A stretch of DNA of 63,906 nt, filler included, from an uncultured bacterium (GTDB taxonomy: Bacteria > Latescibacterota > UBA2968), in the NCBI GenBank assembly GCA_964471275.1. It is 3 parts of 3 records of this genome, joined end to end, with 100 filler letters (N's around TTAATTAATTAA, not from the genome) between each part and the next. Parts side by side here need not be neighbours in the genome. Positions count along the whole stretch, not along the records: positions 54,446 to 63,906 come from CAYYGZ010000182.1; 2 more parts are not named here. One strand, given 5' to 3'. This document shows, piece by piece, positions 59,334-63,906 of this stretch. Position 1 is the stretch's first letter; each line of letters starts with the position of its first letter. The position numbers and the translations under genes were made by a program. The notes under the pieces were generated by a model that was given only the letters and a program-made list of their open reading frames with translations, made no database searches and was not told where the DNA came from.

Positions 59334-60575
59334 TCAGGCTCGCTTTTTCTGTTCGAGATGCAGAAACGCGGATTGCGGGTTGTTGATCAGCTCTGCCGAG
59401 ACGTGAATCTCTTTGGGGCCCCCTTCGGACGGCAGCAGATACATCAGGTCGAGCATGGACGACTCCAGAACCGCTCGAAGGCCACGAGCGCCTGTTCCTT
59501 TGGTGACGGTCTGCTCGACAATCTGCTCCAATGCTGTGTCGTCAAAAGTCAGCTCAATGCCATCCATCTCAAACAGCTTCTTGAATTGCTTCGTGATCGC
59601 ATTCTTCGGCTCCGTCAGGATACGCAGTAGCGCATCTTCATCCAGGCTGTCCAGCGCACACGCGACCGGGAGACGACCGACAAGTTCAGGGATCAAACCA
59701 TATCTGATCAGATCCTCGGGCTCGACCTCGGCAAAAAGCTCACCGATCGACATCTCTTCCTGTTTCTCGGCCTCGGAGCTGAAACCCATGGCCTTTCGAC
59801 CGATCCGCGCGCTGACGATGTCATCCAGGCTGTCGAACGCCCCGCCGCAGATGAACAAGATGTTCTTCGTGTTCACCTGAATGAGCGGCTGCTCCGGATG
59901 CTTTCGTCCTCCCTTTGGCGGGATGCTGGCAACGGTCCCCTCCAGCATCTTCAGGAGGGCCTGCTGAACCCCTTCTCCGGAGACGTCACGCGTGATCGAC
60001 GGGTTGGCCGATTTCCTAGAAATCTTGTCGATCTCATCGATGTAGAGAATACCCATTTCGGCGCGTTCGACGTCATAGTCGGCGGCCTGCAACAGACGAA
60101 CGAGGATGTTCTCGACATCCTCTCCGACATACCCGGCTTCCGTCAGGATCGTCGCGTCGGCGATCGAGAAGGGCACCTGAAGAATCCGCGCGAGTGTCTT
60201 CGCCAATTCCGTCTTGCCCGTGCCCGTCGGTCCCAGAAGGAGGATGTTGCTCTTCTCGAGCTCGACGTCATCCACCGATACGTTGCTCTGAATCCGCTTG
60301 TAGTGATTGTAGACCGCGACGGAGAGTGAACGCTTGGCCTGATCCTGACCGATGACGTAGTCATCGAGCTGCTCTTTGATCTCGGACGGCTTGGGCAGAT
60401 CCTTGTGCAGATGCACCGGCTTCTGCTTGATGTCCTCCACCAGGACCTCATTACAAAGCTTGATGCACTCGTTGCAGATATGCACACCAGGACCAGTTAC
60501 AATCTTCTCGACCTGGTCGGCCCGCTTTCCGCAGAAGGAGCAGCGAATCTCAGCTTTGGATGAGCGTCGTTTCAA
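59334..60575 (-). CDS. clpX: ATP-dependent Clp protease ATP-binding subunit
   Basis: CSFC..ICNEC zinc finger, [34 protein letters not shown]. Confidence 0.98.
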   Translation of the reverse strand: MKRRSSKAEIRCSFCGKRADQVEKIVTGPGVHICNECIKLCNEVLVEDIKQKPVHLHKDLPKPSEIKEQLDDYVIGQDQAKRSLSVAVYNHYKRIQSNVSVDDVELEKSNILLLGPTGTGKTELAKTLARILQVPFSIADATILTEAGYVGEDVENILVRLLQAADYDVERAEMGILYIDEIDKISRKSANPSITRDVSGEGVQQALLKMLEGTVASIPPKGGRKHPEQPLIQVNTKNILFICGGAFDSLDDIVSARIGRKAMGFSSEAEKQEEMSIGELFAEVEPEDLIRYGLIPELVGRLPVACALDSLDEDALLRILTEPKNAITKQFKKLFEMDGIELTFDDTALEQIVEQTVTKGTGARGLRAVLESSMLDLMYLLPSEGGPKEIHVSAELINNPQSAFLHLEQKKRA

Positions 60576-60593
60576 ACGTTGGGTTCCCTGGTA

Positions 60594-61208
60594 TCAGGAC
60601 TCTTCGTCGCTGTCCTGTGACTCTGACTTGGACGGTTCGAGCACCTGGTCGATCAAACCATATTCCTTCGATTCCTCAGCCGACATAAAGAAGTCACGAT
60701 CGGAGTCTTTGGCAATTCGATCGAGTGACTGCCCGGTGCACTCCGCGAGGATGTTGTTCAGACGGTCCCGATACTGCAGGATTTCCTTCGCGTGACGCTC
60801 GACGTCGGAAGCCTGACCGCCGGCGCCACCCATGGGCTGATGGATCAGGATCCGTGAGTTGGGTAGCGAGCTCCGGTGACCTTTCGTGCCGCCTGCCAGC
60901 AGGACGGCACCCATGCTGAACGCCTGACCGACGCAGATGGTTTCGACGTCGTTCGAGACATACTGCATAGTGTCGTAGATCGCCAGACCCGCTGTGATGC
61001 TGCCACCGGGGCTGTTGATGTAGAGCGAGATTCGACGATCCGGTGTCTCTGCCGTGCAGTAGAGCATCTGGGCAATTACGAGGTTTGCGATCGTGTCATT
61101 TATCGGCGTGCCGATGAAGATGATGTTGTCACGGAGCAGCCGGGAGAAGATGTCGTAAGTGCGTTCTCCGCGTCCGGTCTGCTCAAGAACCATTGGTACA
61201 AGTGCCAT
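60594..61208 (-). CDS. clpP: Clp protease proteolytic subunit
   Basis: [25 protein letters not shown] (catalytic Ser), IHQP, RDFFMSA. Confidence 0.98.
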   Translation of the reverse strand: MALVPMVLEQTGRGERTYDIFSRLLRDNIIFIGTPINDTIANLVIAQMLYCTAETPDRRISLYINSPGGSITAGLAIYDTMQYVSNDVETICVGQAFSMGAVLLAGGTKGHRSSLPNSRILIHQPMGGAGGQASDVERHAKEILQYRDRLNNILAECTGQSLDRIAKDSDRDFFMSAEESKEYGLIDQVLEPSKSESQDSDEES

Positions 61209-61325
61209 CTGTTCTGCCTTATTCGAATGACGTGATGTTGCGTTGCCAGTGCGTTGAGTCTGTGGGAAGTCGTTCTACCCTAAGCGTTTCAAGTGGCTCT
61301 TCGCTAAGAGAAGACGTATATCTGA

Positions 61326-62606
61326 TTACTCGGTCGGTGTTTCTTCGATGTCTTCCACTTTGGCCTGTTCGATCAGGAAGTCGAAGGTTTTTTCATCCAG
61401 CAGGTCCGACTTTATGCGCTCGATCTGCCCGGATCGCCCGAGGATCTGACGGATCCTGGCCGGTTCGATGTTGTGCTGCTCGGCCATGGTTTCAAGATGC
61501 TTGTCCACATCTTCTTCCTGGACCTCGACACTTTCCTTTTCGGCGACATGCTCCAGAATCAGGTAGCGTTTGACGCCTCGGAGCGCACCGGCACGAGCCT
61601 CTTCGCGAACACCTTCTACGTTCTCGACTTCCTCCGTCTGTCGTTCACGCTTGAGCTGCTCGATAAAGTTGTCGAGGTAGGTCTCGACCATGCTGTCCGG
61701 TACCTCGAACTCGTTCTTGGCGATCAGCTCCTCGACCAGATTCTCGACGAGACGGCTCCGTGAGGCGCTTTCCGACTGGGTCTGCATGTCGCCCCGAATG
61801 CGGTCCTTTAGCTTGTCCAGCGATTCGAACGGTCCCACATCCTTGGCGAATTCGTCATCCAGCTCCGGCAGTTCTCGCTCTCGGATCTCTTTGGCCGTGA
61901 CCCGGAACCGCACTTCATGTTCGTGTGACTCGCCGTCATCGGTTTCGTGCGTATGCGTGTATTGGACATCTCGTGTATCGCCGACGGCAATACCGACGAG
62001 CTGATTGTCGAGGTCGTGGTTTGCGTTCGGCCCCCCGATCAGGAACATGCGATCGCTTTGTGCGCGGTCGGGAATCTCATTCCCTTCTTCGTCCAGCTCG
62101 ACAAAATCGGCCTGGATCACGTCACCGAGCGCAGCGTTGCGGTCGACCTCCTTTTCGGTCGCATTCTGCTCCCGCATCCCGCTCAACTGGTTGTCTACAA
62201 AGGATTCTTCCACCTTATAGACGGGCCGCACGACCTTCAGGTCCTTGTAGTTTTTTATTTCCAGCTCGGGCTTCACATCTACCGAGGCTTTGAACTTCAG
62301 CGGTTCGCCATCCTCAAAGCTGCTTTCTTCGATCGTTGCTTGGGAGACTGGCTGCAGGCCCTGTTCCTGACTCGCCTCGCGGTAGAATTCCTCTTCGGTC
62401 TTTGCGATGACCTCGTAGAGGATGGCCGGGCCGAAGCGCTGTTTGACAACGTTCACCGGGACTTTCCCTTTGCGGAATCCCGGTAGAGTCAAGGACTTGC
62501 TGTAACTCTTATACGCCTCTTTGAGGCGGGTGTCCACGTCTTCGCGTGGCACTTCGATTTCCAGCGTACGGCGCCAAGCGCCCGCTTCCGTTACTTCGAC
62601 CTTCAT
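61326..62606 (-). CDS. tig: Trigger factor
   Basis: PGFRKGKVP signature, LPELDDEFAK; upstream of clpP-clpX. Confidence 0.96.
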   Translation of the reverse strand: MKVEVTEAGAWRRTLEIEVPREDVDTRLKEAYKSYSKSLTLPGFRKGKVPVNVVKQRFGPAILYEVIAKTEEEFYREASQEQGLQPVSQATIEESSFEDGEPLKFKASVDVKPELEIKNYKDLKVVRPVYKVEESFVDNQLSGMREQNATEKEVDRNAALGDVIQADFVELDEEGNEIPDRAQSDRMFLIGGPNANHDLDNQLVGIAVGDTRDVQYTHTHETDDGESHEHEVRFRVTAKEIRERELPELDDEFAKDVGPFESLDKLKDRIRGDMQTQSESASRSRLVENLVEELIAKNEFEVPDSMVETYLDNFIEQLKRERQTEEVENVEGVREEARAGALRGVKRYLILEHVAEKESVEVQEEDVDKHLETMAEQHNIEPARIRQILGRSGQIERIKSDLLDEKTFDFLIEQAKVEDIEETPTE

Positions 62607-62705
62607 TGGGACGGTAGCCCCTCCTGCAAACACATGAAAAGAGCCACAAGGGCTCTTTGAAGTTGATGAAAACACAAGGATTTATGGGCACAAATTCCGC
62701 GGAGA

Positions 62706-62734
62706 ACGATACATAAATGAAGAAATGTTGTCAA
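62706..62734 (-). promoter_or_regulatory. Sigma70-type promoter for tig-clpPX
   Basis: TTGACA (62734-62729), N17, TATCGT (62711-62706) in an AT-rich patch 100 nt upstream of tig. Confidence 0.7.
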
Positions 62735-62847
62735 TTTGATAAAGGGAAACGACCACAGCCGTCGGGGCCAGTCAAGCCTGGTTCTTGAACCCTTGCGAAA
62801 AATAGAAAGATACGGCATTTAGTGCTGTCAGAAACCCAGGTCGATGA

Positions 62848-63906
62848 ATGCGCCTGCCGATAGCCGTGTTTGAGGGCGTGAAGGAGTCGATTCTGTCCGT
62901 GCTAACTGACAAGAGAGAATCTCCGGCTCGACAGGAGGCTGTCACTCCGCAGGCCCTGATCTGCAGGGCTTTCCTCGTGTTGCTGTCCTACCCCTACATC
63001 AATTGGGCGGTTCCGATTGCCTGGTGGGCCCTTCTGATCTGAGCGATCGCCTGGTCGATTCTCTGTCTGACCGTGCTGTTCCGGAAGCAATGGGTCGAGT
63101 ACGAACGTCTCGAATACCCGCTGATGACTGTCGGTATCCGAATGGCCGATTCCCAATCATACCTGGCTGCCCGGCGCCCCCACCTTCTGGGTGCAGATCA
63201 GCATCTACATCCTGGTTCTTGCTTATTTCGCGCGAATCGAAGCGCTCGTGAGCTTCTGGGTGTTCTTCGTACTCATTGGAATTGAAGCCTCTGTTTTCGA
63301 CCGCCTGGGTGTGGGGGTGTCCGTCGGCCACGGCGGCATCGAAGCTGTCCGCTCGCAGAGCTTCGGCGCGATGTTTGCGCTGGCGTGTGTGAGTGTCTAC
63401 TCGGCGAGGGGACATCTGGCACATGTCTTCAGGAAGGCCACGGGGAGCGCAGGCGAAGTCGATGATGGAGACGAAGTGTTGTCCTACCGGGTCGCCTCAT
63501 CAGTCTGCCGGCCGGGGTCTGTGTGATGTTCGGCTGGCTGCGGGGGGCAGGCCTGGAGACTTCCGTTCTCTCGCTCTACCTGTTGTTCGCGTATCTCGGG
63601 GTTTTCTCGGTTCACCTCTGACACAATTGCTGAAGCTGACGACGGGGCTGGTGTTCACCAGGTCTCAGATGCTCTTCGCGATCGCGGTGGCGTTGGGCTT
63701 CACAGTTTCTGTTGGGCAGACGATTTATCTCGGGAACGTAAACGGTGGTTACAATCTAGGCGCCTGGAACGTGATCAAGGGAAGTCCACAGGCGTATCAA
63801 TCGGCGGCCACGTGGATTCGCAACCCGAAACCGCCGGATCTCGACCGACTCACGTTCTTGGCCTCGAGTGTCGTCTTAACGCTGGCGCTTACCGTGTTGA
63901 AGTATC
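62848..63906 (+). pseudogene. Fragmented DUF6785-like multi-TM membrane protein
   Basis: Pieces AVTPQAL..., WAVPIAWW, LFRKQWVEYERLEYPL, LAYFA...L.SFW.F, QSFGA, E.LSYR in shifting frames with stops and missing blocks. Confidence 0.6.

Noticed and set aside
62607..62850. tRNA upstream of tig
   Set aside because: No cloverleaf or T-loop GTTCGA motif found; only an AT-rich promoter region.

Overview
GC-rich (roughly 60% by eye) bacterial draft sequence made of three separate contigs joined by artificial 100-nt spacers (N44-TTAATTAATTAA-N44 at 27484-27583 and 54346-54445). Gene order must not be read across those joins. Contig 1 (1-27483) is a catabolic stretch: two Cys-type sulfatases, GH4, GH32, a heparinase II/III-like lyase, a sugar isomerase, Gfo/Idh/MocA and aldo/keto reductases, PhyH dioxygenases, an APH(3')-family kinase and transporters. 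Contig 2 (27584-54345) holds the three most interesting modules. (i) A STAS-like/winged-helix gene with a near-consensus sigma70 promoter and a perfect operator-like palindrome sits upstream of a nurA-[acid-sugar dehydratase]-HAS barrel-herA-GT2 run. (ii) A PduT-like BMC-T shell gene plus a PduS-like Fe-S flavoprotein lie between sugar-cleaving enzymes. (iii) An egtD-like histidine methyltransferase sits inside a betaine/ergothioneine-type ABC importer operon. Contig 3 (54446-63906) is core genome: tig-clpP-clpX-engB, a D-TA-family PLP enzyme, a class V aminotransferase and serA, plus an IS remnant. About 15 accessory genes carry in-frame stops, frameshifts or internal deletions while the core genes are intact. 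Sulfatase/PhyH richness and a DUF6785-like gene suggest a Latescibacterota/Poribacteria-like organism (inference only). No rRNA, tRNA or CRISPR array was seen. All family calls come from motif recognition, not database searches.
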